Assembly: GCA_964016885.1 (NCBI GenBank)
Contig: OZ024743.1
Location: 57,164,001-57,228,000 of the forward strand
Length of the DNA stretch: 64,000 nucleotides
Source: Eledone cirrhosa
Lineage: Eukaryota
Reading direction: 5' to 3'
The position numbers were made by a program, and so were the translations under genes. Positions within the stretch are counted from its first letter, which is position 1; each line of letters begins with the position of its first letter. This document shows positions 1 through 14,580 of this stretch, in pieces. The notes under the pieces are model-generated. The model did not search any database. It saw only the letters and a program-made list of their open reading frames with translations, and was not told the DNA's origin.

Positions 1-117
1 ACACACACACACACACACACACATGCGCACACACACACACACACACACGCGCACACACACACCCACACCCACACACACACACACACACACACCCACAGAC
101 ACACACACACACACACA

Positions 118-329
118 CAATAATATTAATAAGGAGCAGGAACGTAGTATCAATATAACATCACTGTGTTTATTCACACATACGAGAACCCACAAGTCTG
201 ATGATCTATCAATTTCAGAGTCGGGCGCGATCACCAGCGATCGTACATTGAGCTGATCGACCACGAAACGCACGTCACGTGTGAATAAACATAATGATGA
301 TTCTTCGTTTCTGCTCATTATTGTTATTG
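118..329. mobile_element. Head-to-head PLE 3'-end insert with hammerhead
   Basis: 118-181 is an imperfect reverse complement of 277-329; an HHR core lies between the arms. Confidence 0.6.
191..283 (+). ncRNA. Type I hammerhead ribozyme (degenerate)
   Basis: cacaagt-CTGATGA(198-204)-imperfect stem II-GAAA(265-268)-cgcacg-TC-acgtgtg; stem I pairs 6 of 7. Confidence 0.65.
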
Positions 330-537
330 GCAGCATTGGTAGAGCGTTGGACACCATGTTTTGTAGCATAGTATTATGGCTCATTACGTTCTGATTTCAA
401 ATCCCGCCGAGGTTAGCTTTGCCTTTCATCCTTACGGGGTCGATAAAATAAAGTACCAGTAACACACTGGGATCGATTTAATTGACTTTCCCTTCCCTTC
501 AAATTGCTGGCCTTGTGCCTAAATCAGAAATTATTAT
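327..537 (+). mobile_element. tRNA-derived SINE, family A
   Basis: A-box-like TGGCAGCATTGG, B-box-like TTCAAATCC, core GCCTTTCATCCTTACGGGGTCGATAAAATAAAGTACCAGT; about 20 copies in the window. Confidence 0.85.
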
Positions 538-672
538 GATTATTACACTCTGCTTCTTAAGGATACCGACTATGGTGAAATACCAAACGTTCCCATATTA
601 ACATTGAGTGCTCAAACTGGTGAATCAATAGTTACTAAACGTTACAAACGAATATACTATATATATATATAG

Positions 673-762
673 GGTATATTTGAAAGAATCGGAGCCCGAC
701 AGCTGAGCTTTTGCCGTTTCAACAGTCAGTTCCACACTCTGTTGAAACGAGAAGAGCTCAGC
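673..762. mobile_element. Short palindromic PLE-end insert in (TA)n
   Basis: Arms 702-725 and 739-762; related to 22322-22508; minus strand reads GAAAcggc...gctGTC. Confidence 0.55.
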
Positions 763-889
763 CATATATATATATTATATGTATGTACGTAAATGGTAAA
801 CAGAAATAATAACACAATCGGTACAGTATATGGAAGGGATATATAAGGTTAATGCTTCATATAGCAGGAAAAGGTTCTTAAAGTTTCGG

Positions 890-1390
<501 letters not shown>

Positions 1391-1398
1391 ATGTATAT

Positions 1399-1829
1399 AC
1401 TAGACCTGAAAAATACGCAAGCTCAAAAGAGCCACAGAATGTTACCTTCAAAAGTGTGGGACTAGAGTTGTTGCTAAAAAATATTGTAATCATTATCTAT
1501 CGTACACTCTGTGGCATCCTTTTATAAAAAAGAGACTCATAACGAACTCAAGACGATACGATAATTACTTAAGCTAATGTTCAATATCTCATAGATGTTT
1601 AGTAATGATTAATACGAAATGCACTTAAACCGAATATTATAAATTCACTTAAATAATTATCGTGTCGTCTTGAGTTCGTTATAAGTCTCTTTTTTATAAA
1701 AGGATGCCACAGAGTGTACGATAGATAATGATTACAATATTTTTGAGCAACAACTCTAGTCCCACACGTTTGAAGGTTTATTATAACATTCTGTGGCTCT
1801 TTTGAGCTTGCGCATTTTTCAGGTTTAGT
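1399..1829. repeat. Fold-back inverted repeat with about 175-bp arms (MITE-like)
   Basis: ACTAGACCTGAAAAATACGCAAGC... versus ...GCTTGCGCATTTTTCAGGTTTAGT; spacer about 75 bp. Confidence 0.85.
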
Positions 1830-2599
1830 TTAATATTTTTTTAAGGCTTTAACGCTTGTAATAACTCTAGTTAAACATGATATATATTAATAATAAATTA
1901 TCGTTGTAATGTAATTAGATTATATAATTGTTATTTTATAAATGATCTTATAAATATTATTGTAAGATGTATAAAAATATTTTCAGACTTTTAATATAAA
2001 CAACTACAAAAACAATCAATATGAAATAAATATATTTTACATAATAATTATTATAGATGAATTAATAAAAATTAAATATTACATACAAATAGTCTAACAT
2101 AATAATAAAAAAATAATCTAACATAGTAATAATAAAATAAGCTAACATAAAACGAACAATAATATGGACAAATATACAAGTAAATATGATACAACCAATA
2201 ATATAAGCATATTATAACGAACTGAAAAAAAAAATAGTTAATATAAATTTAAAAAATCATATATAAATTAACAATATAACTTACCAAAACGAGAAAAATA
2301 TTTTGATGATAAACGACGAAATTCAGGAGGAAGATTCGAAAGCGAAACGATAAATAAACGTGCAAACAAAATGGCGGATGCTTTTGAGCAACAATTACTC
2401 TCGTTGGTTGATTAGCCAATAAGATTGTGAAATTAGCCAATAAGATAATACATTACAAAATATGTTTGGCAACGATCACCACGGCCAGCGACACCCCTTG
2501 AATTTTTTATTCACAAGCTACGCATATATGTCAGACATGCAGACTTAAAACATTCTGTTGTTAGTCACTGAGTGTCTAACAGATATAAGCTCGAACTAG

Positions 2600-2780
2600 A
2601 AAGCATGCTGGACATTCGCCGGTTCCTATAACTAATGTTACTATTGTTTGATCAATGGTATAGGCTGCTCACGAAATTAACGTGGAAGTGACTGAGCATT
2701 CGATAATCACGTGTACCTCGGAAATTCAGCGTGGCACATTGTGTTTCAAGGTGACTCCTTTGAAATACAAGTACAACTTC
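2600..2780 (+). mobile_element. SINE-like dispersed repeat, family C
   Basis: GAAATTAACGTG.AAGTG.CTGAGCA...ATTCAGCGTG shared with about 8380-8570, 40900-41250, 62620-63040 and minus-strand copies near 21100 and 61970. Confidence 0.65.
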
Positions 2781-3046
2781 CAAATGAATGACTGAAGAAT
2801 TGTGAAATAGAGTATCTTTTCCGTCAGATTCCACGCTAAAAGTCTATGATTCTGTAAAGCATTTTCATACCATACTCTAACTCCTGATAGTCGTTGGGGT
2901 TCTGTCTTGGGTAATGTAAACCTGACGCAGTTTATACCTTTCAAGTTGCGAACAGAGCCAATTTCTTCTTCTTCTTCTTCTTCTTCTTCTTCTTCTTCTT
3001 CTTCTTCTTGAGAGAGAGAATAAGAATCGACCTCAGTACTGAACTA

Positions 3047-3328
3047 TGTGGAGGCGCGTGGTTTAGTGGTAAGGACTTACGATCATAATGTCGTAGGTTC
3101 GATTCTTGTGCTGGGTGGTGCGTTGTGTTCTTGAGCAAAACACTTCATTTCACGTTGCTCCAGTGTACTCAGCTGAAAAGAAGTACCAGCTGAGGGTTTA
3201 ATCCTGCGATGGACTGGCATCACGCCCTGGGGGGAAGTCTCCTAGACTTAGTCGCTCTACGCCACGAAAGAGGAATAAGTAGCGGCCTGACAAACCTCCT
3301 GGCTTGAGACAGACTTTAGACTTAGACA
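3047..3328 (+). mobile_element. tRNA-derived SINE, family B (V-domain-like), nested in a SINE A
   Basis: GGAGGCGCGTGGTTTAGTGG head, GGTTCGATTC B box, CCTGCGATGGACTGGC segment; flanking duplication AGTACTGAACT. Confidence 0.8.
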
Positions 3329-3659
3329 AGTACTGAACTGGTACTTTATTTATCCAAATGGAAAGGATGAAAAGCAGAGATGACCGCAGCGAGATTTGTA
3401 CTCAGAGAGGTGAGAGCCGGAATGCATTGAAGCATTCTATCGAACGTTCTATCGACTCTGCAAATTCGGCGTTTATTGTAAAGTATTGTCTGTCTGTCAG
3501 GATCCGTGACTTCTAAGGGAGTCGCAGAGTCACCGCATTAACATACGGTGTTTCTAGGGCATTTTAAAACCTGGCGAAGACCATTTCTCCAGGTCTGGAT
3601 ATAGCAGAATTCTTCCAAAGAATAGCGAGAGAGAGGATGGACGCGAGGAAGATATATAG

Positions 3660-3825
3660 AGGAAGAATCGACCCCAGTATTTAAATGGTACTTTTTTTTA
3701 TCGATCTCGAATGGATGAAAGGCAAAGTTGATGTCGACGTGATTTGAACTCACAGAGCAGAGAGCTGAAACGCATGCCACCAAGTATTCTGTCCGACGTT
3801 CTATCAATTATGCTAATTTGCCGTT
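3660..3825 (-). mobile_element. SINE family A
   Basis: Reverse complement of the core (GGATGAAAGGCAAAGTTGA). Confidence 0.7.
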
Positions 3826-5047
3826 TATTATAAAGCATTACTTTTGTCCTAGTTCTAATATGATTGCATACAACAATATTTTATTTTGTGGTGAGATACG
3901 AGTCGCTGTCTTTGGAATAAATAGCAGCAACCTAGTATCATCCCTGTAATAAATGTAACAAATCTGTTTGTAAAATGTCTCCTGTACAATTTCAGTACAA
4001 GTTCTAACTACTCTAAAATGATGTGGTTTAATCCCAACCCCATTCGACAATACGTTTATACAATTTACTTTATAATCTTATTTTATTGAAGAAATCCTTT
4101 TGATTAATTTCCTTGCCATCATCTCTCGAGGGGAAGTTGCTATTTATTGTTCCGAGCTGTCTTTGTTCTATATTTAGCCAGCGATTTCTATCGTTTTTTT
4201 TCTTCCATGCATTATTACGTGTACACTTGATGCCATCTATTTTTCATTTTCTTAATATTCCAGCTAGTGTTTGTGCTATTAAACTTTAGTAATAGTTGAT
4301 ACTGATAAACGGAATCAAACACACCCACCTTTCCCTTCCCCCCTCTTTTGCTACTACTTCTCACTAACAAAGGAATAAATCTTCAGGGTAAGATACAGAA
4401 TTATCAATAAATATAATGCTTGCTATTCGAAATTCAGTTGAAGAGTCGATGAAGTTCAGAGAACACACGCGATATTTGATATCCACCATTTTGAATGATT
4501 GCCGAAGAACATTACGTCCATTGTTGCTCTCCGAAAAGAATGGAAATTTCTTCTGTTTTACAGTCTCTTTTTTTTTTGCTTTGTATAAAACCTGACCATT
4601 GAATGTATAACCTTGTCGGTCACTTAGTTCACATACCAAGAATAAAGAACAAAGAATTTTGATAAATGTGGGACAATTCAGATTTCAACATAATGTTGAA
4701 ATATTCTGTCTATTATATGAGAATTTAGTAGTGACCTAGGGTATTTTACAGGGATTTTTCTTTTTCTGAAAGAAAATTGCCTCCCACCTCCCAGGAAATG
4801 GAAAGGAGCTGATTGTCAGATTGGCCCCAGGAAACAAAGTTGCTATTGGTCTCCCCGTTGCTGATACTATCTTCTGGTCACAACTCCTGGCAATAGGGGG
4901 TGGCATTGAAATTAGAATGCACACACTTGAATCGGATACTACATACCCCCCCCCCCCCCATACCTACACACGACAATTACAAACAATTCCATCAATCTAC
5001 GGCATCTGGATTAGTACTTTATCAACCCTGAAAGCCACCCTAAAATA

Positions 5048-5082
<35 letters not shown>

Positions 5083-5086
<4 letters not shown>

Positions 5087-5392
5087 AAGAGTGAAGAATA
5101 ACATGGTCGGCTGTACAAAAAGGGTTTTATTTACAGTATTAATAATTGTTTCATTGATCAGGTGGGTCTAAAGGCCGCTGATCACTCGAAATTGCGTCAC
5201 TCGACCTTAAATACAGTGTGTGTCTCTGATCAAATCTTCGATGATCTGATCAGAGACACACACTGTATTTAAGGTCGAGTGACGCAATTTCGAGTGATCA
5301 GCGGCCTTTAGACCCACCTGATCAATGAAACAATTATTAATACTGTAAATAAAACCCTTTTTGTACAGCCGACCATGTTATTCTTCACTCTT

Positions 5393-5396
<4 letters not shown>
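5083..5396. repeat. Apparently perfect 150-bp-arm palindrome inside (TA)n
   Basis: 5083-5232 is the reverse complement of 5247-5396 with a 14-nt loop; HHR-like GATGA...GAAACA...TGTA. Confidence 0.95.
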
Positions 5397-5437
<41 letters not shown>

Positions 5438-5440
<3 letters not shown>

Positions 5441-5638
5441 AATAATAATAAATTTGAAGACTAAAATCCAAAGAGGGCTCGATAAGGATAAATATATATC
5501 AAATATATAAGAACCGTAGAGCAAATATTTATTAAAATAACAGATTAAAGTTTAAGCAAAGAATCGCTGCTTTCACCCTTCCCGTTAAGGGTGAAAGCAG
5601 CGATTCTTTGCTTAAACTTTAAACTGTTATTTTAATAA

Positions 5639-5640
<2 letters not shown>
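5438..5640. mobile_element. Asymmetric palindromic insert in (TA)n
   Basis: Arms 5526-5580 and 5586-5640; GAAAGCA..TGCTT HHR 3' half; its left end matches 26455-26498 in reverse. Confidence 0.7.
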
Positions 5641-6024
<384 letters not shown>

Positions 6025-6856
6025 TAATTAGTCTCTCAGGGAGATCTATATATAAGCGAGTGTAGATAGTTTTTGTCTATACTTTTTATACGCCCATAAT
6101 TAGTTTTTTCTCACTTATATATACTAGCAGAAAAACCACCTTTCGAGTGGTTTTCTGCTAGCATGTGTAGTGTGTATATTTATATTAGCCTCGCCATCAC
6201 CCGCGGTAACACTGCGAGTGTGCTGGTTTGCCTAAAAAATTATTAGAGAGGTTGTCCAGTACTCCTCGCTGCTGTCATTTGCTTTGGTGGTGGCTCGGTT
6301 GTTCACCCCTTCCTTTACATTTTCTTTAATATTGCAACATTAAAGGAATACATCCTTCTGACAGAATCCCGAGCAATTTATAATGTTATCTAAGCATTTG
6401 TAATGTTATTTATGTATATATTTAAAACATATTTGTTGTTATTCTACTGTAAAATTATCTATATGCTTTGTATATATATCATATGTTTTCATATTTTCAC
6501 TCCCATTTGTAACGAACGTTATTTAATAAAATAAAAATATATATGCATGTAGATATGATACATCAAATAAAATCGTAATTGACAATATACACAGAAATTG
6601 AACGAAGAATGCGTTATGTAATCAGTAACGTAATCCACGATACATTAAAAAAAGACGATATTATATATAAACTGCATTAGGAGATAATTAGTGACGGAAA
6701 TATATGAATGTTTATTTAAGCGATCGCTATCCGGAAGTCTTGACGTTTGAAAATTTTAAAGAAGTGAATCTTTAAATAAACAATAAAATATATTTAATCA
6801 ACAACTACGAAATTTAGTAGATAAATTGTGTAATATTCATTCATTAGTTATTTAAA

Positions 6857-7050
6857 TCGGTGGATTGGCAGTATCGGTAGAGGGTCGGACGCCATGCTTT
6901 GACGCATAGAGTTACGGTCCTTGCCATTCTGAGTTCAAATCCCGCCAAGGTTAACTTTGCCTTTCATCCTTACGGGGTCGATAAAATAAAGTACCAGTAA
7001 TGTACTGGGTTATTGCTGGCCTTGTGTCAAAAGTAGAAACAATTATTTAT
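6857..7050 (+). mobile_element. SINE family A
   Basis: Full head (GGTGGATTGGCAGTATCGGTAGAG), B box, core and tail. Confidence 0.85.
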
Positions 7051-7129
7051 TCAAAGTAATCCAACTTATTTTACTAACTGGATTAAAAGAAATAAACCGT
7101 ACGCAATCCCGTACTCCTTACTTTATTAT

Positions 7130-7168
<39 letters not shown>

Positions 7169-8924
7169 ATATATATTATTTTTTATATATATATATATAT
7201 ATATATTATAAAAGTAATGAGGATCGCTGGTATTAAGTCAATGTTCTCCGGCCAACATCTAGCGCCCTTAATGAATCTAATCTGCCAAATTGCAGTAATG
7301 CAGTTGCAATTAGTTGTTCAGAGTGCACACATTTAGTTAAAAGCAGATACGGTGGCTGTGTTTTGGTAGAGAGAAAGGTAAAAATTTCAATTCCTGTTTC
7401 TGTGCAACATAACTTCACAAATGTAAATATTAGATCCTCAATGTTCAGAAAGTCACGTAATATCAGCAGATATTTACGAAACCAGGTTGTTACACTTCAT
7501 CAGCAGGTGGCCAAAATCATAAGATACAGTGTGTGTTAGCCGTTACAACTGGACAAGGTATCTAGTAGTTCTTGCCATTCTCATACTCTGCTTCTAATGA
7601 AAAAGAGGAAGAATTCTATAGTAGACTAAAAAACGTGGTTTGGCGTTTGAATTCAAACAAAGGAATTAGCGTCAAACAAAAGAACTCAAATAACTAGCCG
7701 TATACACACACACACATATATATATATAACGAGGTTTATGCATATATACATATATACAAGCAAATAATAGCTGATTTGAGATACAAAGTCGAACATTCAA
7801 TACTCACAATTTAATATTAGGAAATATAAACAAGAAATATTGGAAAGCCTAACCTTATACGGGAGATTAAAATCAGCGCAGCTGGGAGTATAATATATAC
7901 ATTCATTTATACATTTATATTTAAAATGTCGTGTTGATTTTTAATAATTGGTGGTTGTTTCTAATTAAACCATGGAATTTTGACGGGGTCAGTTAATTAT
8001 AATGAATATGACCTCAAAACATCTAGTGACATGTAACAGAAAGACGTAAATTTACTTGCTTTTATTGACTAAACATTTATATAACTTCTCTCCGTAATAT
8101 GGCATTGAACTCTATCTAAAACGCTATAAAATATAAGTCATTGATTCTAGTTTTGAAACTTTAGCCATATATTGTCGTCTGACAGAACAAAGCTATTTAT
8201 TTGTAACATAGCTTTAACGACTCAACAATTTCTAGCAATAAACGAGTTGAAACTAGACTTATGGAAAAAACTTTGTTGTCATGCGATTTTTTGTTCTCTT
8301 TGTGTCTAGAATTTATTTCCTCCCCTCTTACACACATATTCGTAACTCATAAGTATGGTGCGTGTATGTTGAACCTTCGTTGGTTACGAGGATGAGTGTT
8401 CCAGCTACTTGACAAATAGAATAGCTTGCTCGTAAAATCAACGTGTAAGTGGCTGAGCATTCTATAGCATGTGTATCCTTAACGTAATTCTCAGGGAGAT
8501 TCAGCGTGATGCAGTGTGTGATAAGGATAGCAATTTAAATTATAAATACATCTCATTTTTGAAGTTTTGCTAGCTGAGTGAACTGCAGCAAAGGGATAAT
8601 AATGTGTTTGCTCAAGGAGATAATTTACTGTTGGGAAAAGAAATTGAGTTTGACACCTCATTATTAGTATTCCTATCATTGTTCAACTTTTTTTTTCCCA
8701 GCTGAGTGAACTATAGTAACCTGAGCCGAGCACCCTAGCCACTAAGTCCAGGCGCCTTCATAATATTTATACCAACAAACACACTGACACAAGTCGCCAA
8801 CTCTCTGCTTTCTGGGTAGAAACTCATCTCAGACTTTGCAGATTTTATACGTTGCTAGCTGTACAACAGCAGCAACTGCATAGCTTCACATTATAGTTGC
8901 TGCATCTACTGCTGCTGACGATGG

Positions 8925-9430
8925 TGATATTATCGTGGTGGTAATGAAGTGGCGATGGGGTAGAGACGATGGTGGTGGTGGGGGAAGAGATGATGGTGTG
9001 GTGGGGGTGAGGGGAGTGGTGTTAACTGTTCTAGTGGCGATGCTTGTATTTTTGGTGGTGGTGCTTATAATGGTAGGGATAATAGTCGTAGTAGTGGTGA
9101 TATCGTGGTGATAGTGAAGTGGCGGTGGTGGTGCGGGCAGTAGTGATGGTGTAGTGGTGGGGGTGGGGGCAGTGGTGATAACAGTTCTAATAGTGATGCT
9201 TGTGTTTTTGGTGGTGATGATGGTAGAGATAATTATCGTAGTATTGGTGGTGGCATGGTTGGTTCTAGTAGTAGTGGCGTGTGGGGGTGTGGGTGTGTGG
9301 ATGGTGGTAGTGATGGTGTTGGTGTTTGATGATGACGGCTGTGATTGTAGTAGTAGTGGGGCGATGGTGGTGGCAATAATGCTAGTAGTGAGGGTAGTAG
9401 TTGCAGTAGTAGTAATAGTAACTACAACAG
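8925..9430. repeat. Degenerate (GGT/GTA)n low-complexity tract
   Basis: Triplet-rich sequence with an internal duplication of about 150 bp. Confidence 0.8.
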
Positions 9431-9706
9431 CTCTTCAGTAAAGAGGATGCTGCTCGGAATTGAGAGAAAAAAAATACATTCTACAATGCTCGCCCTATTT
9501 TCCATAACATCTGACAATTACGGAAGGAAGAAAGGGGCTGCTTTCTAAGAGAGCCCTACAATTGGAGCAACCACTAAAGTATGTCAGATCAGCAGTTAAT
9601 GACACTTCAATGCTTCCATATTATGTTTGAATAACTTCAATCAAACCTCCATTGTTTCGTCTTTGCTGCTGTTACACAGTAATTAGCAAAGTTGCTTCAG
9701 AAATGA

Positions 9707-9775
<69 letters not shown>

Positions 9776-9959
9776 CATATATATACATACACACACACAC
9801 ACACGCACACATATATGTTGTTGTGTGTATATATATCTATATATATTTAAATATATATATGTATGGATATGTATGTATATGTATGTATATGTATATGCAT
9901 GCATATATATGTATATGTATACATGTGTATATGTATATATGTGTATATATATATAAATA

Positions 9960-10012
<53 letters not shown>

Positions 10013-10117
10013 ATATATGTATATATATGTATACATATCTGTATATGTATATCTATATATATGTATATCTATATATATGCATGTAAATGTATATACATGT
10101 ATGTATATGTATATGTG

Positions 10118-10149
<32 letters not shown>

Positions 10150-10613
10150 ATTGTGTGTGTGTATATTTGTGTGTATATATATGTGTGCGTATATATATAT
10201 ATATATATACATATACACATATATATATAAATATATATATGGTGGCTGTCAACTCGTTTTCGAGTACGGCCACTACTTTATATCCATGTAGGAGAACCCC
10301 TACCGATGCGCTGAACGAGTGTGACTTTTTAGTCCAGTCAGCGACTTGAAAACTCTGGTACAAACACTACACTTGTGACAATTATTGACACAGTGCTGGG
10401 CCCATGGTACCTTGTGACGGCAAGTGCAGATAGATCTCCGGATATAAGCAATGCCTGTGCCGTGAAGCTTTTATAGTGAGCAAAAGCGCTGCACAAAGCC
10501 AGTCCCACTCTCTTAACCAAGATGATATTTACCAAAAAGAAGAACAAGTCAACATCATTGGATACCATCAGGGTTGCAGGTGTTATATCAGAGTTTTCCT
10601 TCTCCTATATATA

Positions 10614-10645
<32 letters not shown>

Positions 10646-10672
10646 CACATATATATATATGTGAATGGTTGT

Positions 10673-10762
<90 letters not shown>

Positions 10763-10838
10763 GGAAATTTAGTAAAATCGAATCTCTGGCGGTTTGCAAG
10801 CAAATTCAGCCCACTTATATGATATATATATATATATA

Positions 10839-11460
10839 TTTCGTTTCTGAATTTGTTTAGCAAGATTCTTTATCTGAAAACGTGTGTTGAAACCGATATT
10901 GTTATGCTTTGGGAGGGTCATGTTGCCAATAAGAAACACACGCACCAGTTGCTTTCACTCCAATTTATTATAAATTAAATTTATAAATTTCCGGTTGGTT
11001 GGTTGGCTCCATCGGACGGTTGTTCATATATTGTCAAAGTTCTTTCGTCACACATTCTGTGACCTCTTCAGTGACTGGGGATTCTTTTCTTTGTTTTGTG
11101 CCTCTCCTTTGTTCTGTCCTCCGCCATCTTGTTTTTTGTGTGTGTTGTGTGCTTAGTTTGCGCACGTGTTACATCCGGGTATCTGTGTGTGTTTTTATTT
11201 GTTTATTTATTTGTTTATTTACATGTTACTAGTTAGTTGTTTGTTCTATGTGTGTGTTTTCATTTTGTCCTTACTTTTAAGTTGTGATGTTGCTATTCCA
11301 TTCATGTTTTCTATTTAATTTTGGTTGGAGTTTATTTATGTTTATTGCCTCTGTGATTTGTCTAAACATTGCGTCTTTTCTGTGTGTAGATTTTATTTTT
11401 ATTTCTATGTTCTCTAATTTTCCCTTATGTTCTATTTTAGCATGTTGGTGGAGTATTGAT
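10839..11460 (-). mobile_element. PLE 3' UTR/pLTR (family B) with 3' end at (TA)n
   Basis: Homologous to 40018-40520 and 49881-49953; contains an HHR. Confidence 0.7.
11033..11075 (-). ncRNA. Minimal type I hammerhead ribozyme
   Basis: gtca-CTGAAGA-g-gtcac-agaatgt-gtgac-GAAA-gaac-TT-tgac; stems I and II pair. Confidence 0.7.
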
Positions 11461-12142
11461 GATTCAATTACCCAGTGTATTACTGGTACTTTATTTTATC
11501 TCGAAAAATAAAGTATCTGTAATACACTGGGTAATTGCTGGCCTTGTGCCAAAAGTAGAAACAAATAATGATAATAATAATAATATGTATATGTCTGTTA
11601 TATATCTGGCTTAGTAGTTAGGGGATTATCCGACAGTGCGTTTTGTCCTTGAGCAAGACATTTTATTATATAATTGCTCCAGTCTAATTAGGTGGAAAAA
11701 AGTTGTACATCCTTACGGGGTGGATAAAATAAAGTACCAATAATACACTGAGTAATTGCTGGCCTTGTGCCCAAAGTAGAAACAATTATATACATACTGT
11801 TATTTGAAAGAAAAAAAAAAGAAATGAAATGTTCAGCTCACGATCTGACATCTCATAGGAGGTTTCTTGGGTGTTTTAATGTGAGGAGCCCCAATCATAT
11901 CCTGAAAGCACATGGTTTAGTGGTTAGAGCATTGGGCTTGCAATCGAAAGGTTGTGAGTTCAATTCTTGGATCGGGTGATGTGTTGTTTCCTTGAGCAAG
12001 ACACTTTATTTGACGTTGCTCCAGTTTACTCAGCTGCAAAAATGAGATTATAGGACTGGGGTCCCTATCGTTAAATTACCCAATATACCTCCAACGAGAT
12101 ATACCTTAGAGGAGGCCAGCTAAACTTGCATAGGTGTGAGCT

Positions 12143-12246
<104 letters not shown>

Positions 12247-12525
12247 TATCGTCCACTTATTTCATTATTTATTTATTTATCTTATTGATTGATTGTTTAT
12301 GTTTTATCATTGATAAAATGTTTTTTTATTTATATTCTCTAATTCACATATTTTTTACATCAATATGTTTATGTATTTAAAAAAATTTATATTCTAATGT
12401 GCATATTAAATTTTAGAATACTTTTCGATATATTGATTTCTTTTAATATTGATACATTCATGTATTTATGTTGATAATTATACTTTAATTTATGCATATT
12501 GTCATATATTGATTATATATGTATG

Positions 12526-12584
<59 letters not shown>

Positions 12585-12593
12585 GTGTGTATC

Positions 12594-12633
<40 letters not shown>

Positions 12634-12651
12634 GATGTATATGTATATATG

Positions 12652-12689
<38 letters not shown>

Positions 12690-12693
<4 letters not shown>

Positions 12694-12723
12694 AAACTGG
12701 GACGGGAACAAAAACAGAGAGGC

Positions 12724-12727
<4 letters not shown>
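12690..12727 (-). mobile_element. 38-bp PLE 3' terminus embedded in (TA)n
   Basis: GTGAAAACTGGGACGGGAACAAAAACAGAGAGGCAG matches 25393-25428 and the reverse complement of 30896-30935. Confidence 0.75.
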
Positions 12728-12801
<74 letters not shown>

Positions 12802-12989
12802 ATATATATATGTGTATATAAATTCATTCGTTTCTTTTCAAAATTATGCATTCATACATTCAAGATTCTCTTTTAATCTTTACAAAATTTATCCATTTAG
12901 AATAAACTTTCACAGATCGTCAATATCTTAAATACTTACTAAATAAGTTCCTTACATTATGTATTTTTTACATTTATATATATTGCCTT

Positions 12990-13111
<122 letters not shown>

Positions 13112-13283
13112 TATATATATACATATATTTATTAAAAAAACCAATATTTGCGTTCGTGTAGTGACTATTAATTTAATACATGCGTATTTGATACTCTTAC
13201 TCCTCTCCCCCGTCTCTCTGTCTGTATGTATATATATACATATATATACATATACATATATATACATATACATATACATATAC

Positions 13284-13345
<62 letters not shown>

Positions 13346-14270
13346 AAAAAGTAAACAGAAATAAAACAAATGACATAGTACAATGAAGAAATATATTAGT
13401 TTAGCACTTGACACACACACACACACATACACATGCACACACACGCACATATACACACACACACACATATATATATCGCTAGCTCGGTGGTTTTGGTTAG
13501 TTACCGCTTCTCAGAAAAGGTAACTAGCCGAAACCACCGAGGCCGTGCAGCATCCTCTTCTTTCACTAATATACCCTCTCTGCATCTTACCATGTATCGA
13601 GTACTTCTTTGATTTGTTGTCTTTCCGGTCCCAATTCCGTAGACTATCAATACTCACACACACGTATGAGTGGTGCATATATATTCGTCATCATGTTTTA
13701 GTCAATCCCCTGAGAAGATGATACCATGACGCAGATCTCAATTTATGTGAACCTTTTCTAAGGCAACGTCTCTCAAACCACTCTGCCAATTTGCCGCTAT
13801 TATAACATCGTAATTATTAACGTTAGGTTAACTACAACTTCAGATTTTGGAATTATAGCTAATTACGTCTCATAATATTTTTATACAACACATCTGTTCC
13901 TATTACTTTTCATACAAATTTATTATTTAGGTTTTACTCTATTGAACTCTATGTAGGTTTAAAGGTACTTGAAAAGAACACATTGCGCTTGTTTCACTGT
14001 AAGTATCTATTCAGTCTTACCTTATCTTCAATACGTAGTAGATATATTATGTCATTATCAGATTCCTGATGATAAGCAATTCTAAATGCTGCCTTCGTTT
14101 GCATGCTTTCCCTCTTTACACTTGTTGCTTCATTTAACATCCAATTTCTAACACTAAAGCCATGATTATGGAGACAGTAAAAATATTCATATACATTTCA
14201 ATGTTTTTTTGTAAGCCCTGTGTGGCTAATAAAGAAATTACTACTACTACTACTACTACTACTACTATTA

Positions 14271-14580
14271 CTAGATGAGGGCGATGTCATCTCTCCCTTT
14301 CTGTAACATACACACACATACACACACACTCTCTCTCTAAACAAAAGACGTTCCTTTTCCCTCTCTATTTATGTATATCTCTTTCGCTTGGCGCTCCGCC
14401 TCGCTCTCTATATAAATGAGGGCGACGTCATAACTTTCTGTCTATCTATTTCTTTCTGTCACCTCGAAAACACACGGCGTTCTCTTTTCGCTCGCTATCT
14501 ATGTGCACATCTCTCGCTTGGCGCTCCCCCTCTCTATATAAGTGACGGACGGACGGACAGCACTCTCATTATAATATAGA
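14271..14580 (-). mobile_element. Non-autonomous Helitron-like element
   Basis: Minus strand A|TC...CTAG|T, (GTCC)n near the 5' end, internal duplication; no clear 3' hairpin. Confidence 0.55.

Noticed and set aside
327-420. SINE heads as tRNA genes
   Set aside because: They have A and B boxes but no full cloverleaf, and continue into SINE core and tail.
4364-4639. 91-aa non-repetitive ORF as a possible host exon
   Set aside because: I recognise no domain or convincing splice context; small host exons cannot be excluded without RNA data.
7400-7620. Possible decayed hAT transposase (LQLD-like motif)
   Set aside because: Only one short motif among stops; too weak to call.
9154-9441. Val-rich membrane-protein-like ORF
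   Set aside because: It is a product of (GGT/GTA)n low-complexity DNA.
9652-10860. Many long ORFs ([16 protein letters not shown]) here and throughout the window
   Set aside because: They are translations of dinucleotide microsatellites that lack stop codons.
13477-13545. Hairpin with GAAAC as an HHR half
   Set aside because: The hairpin is real, but I found no valid stem III plus NUH; it is kept only as a possible family member.
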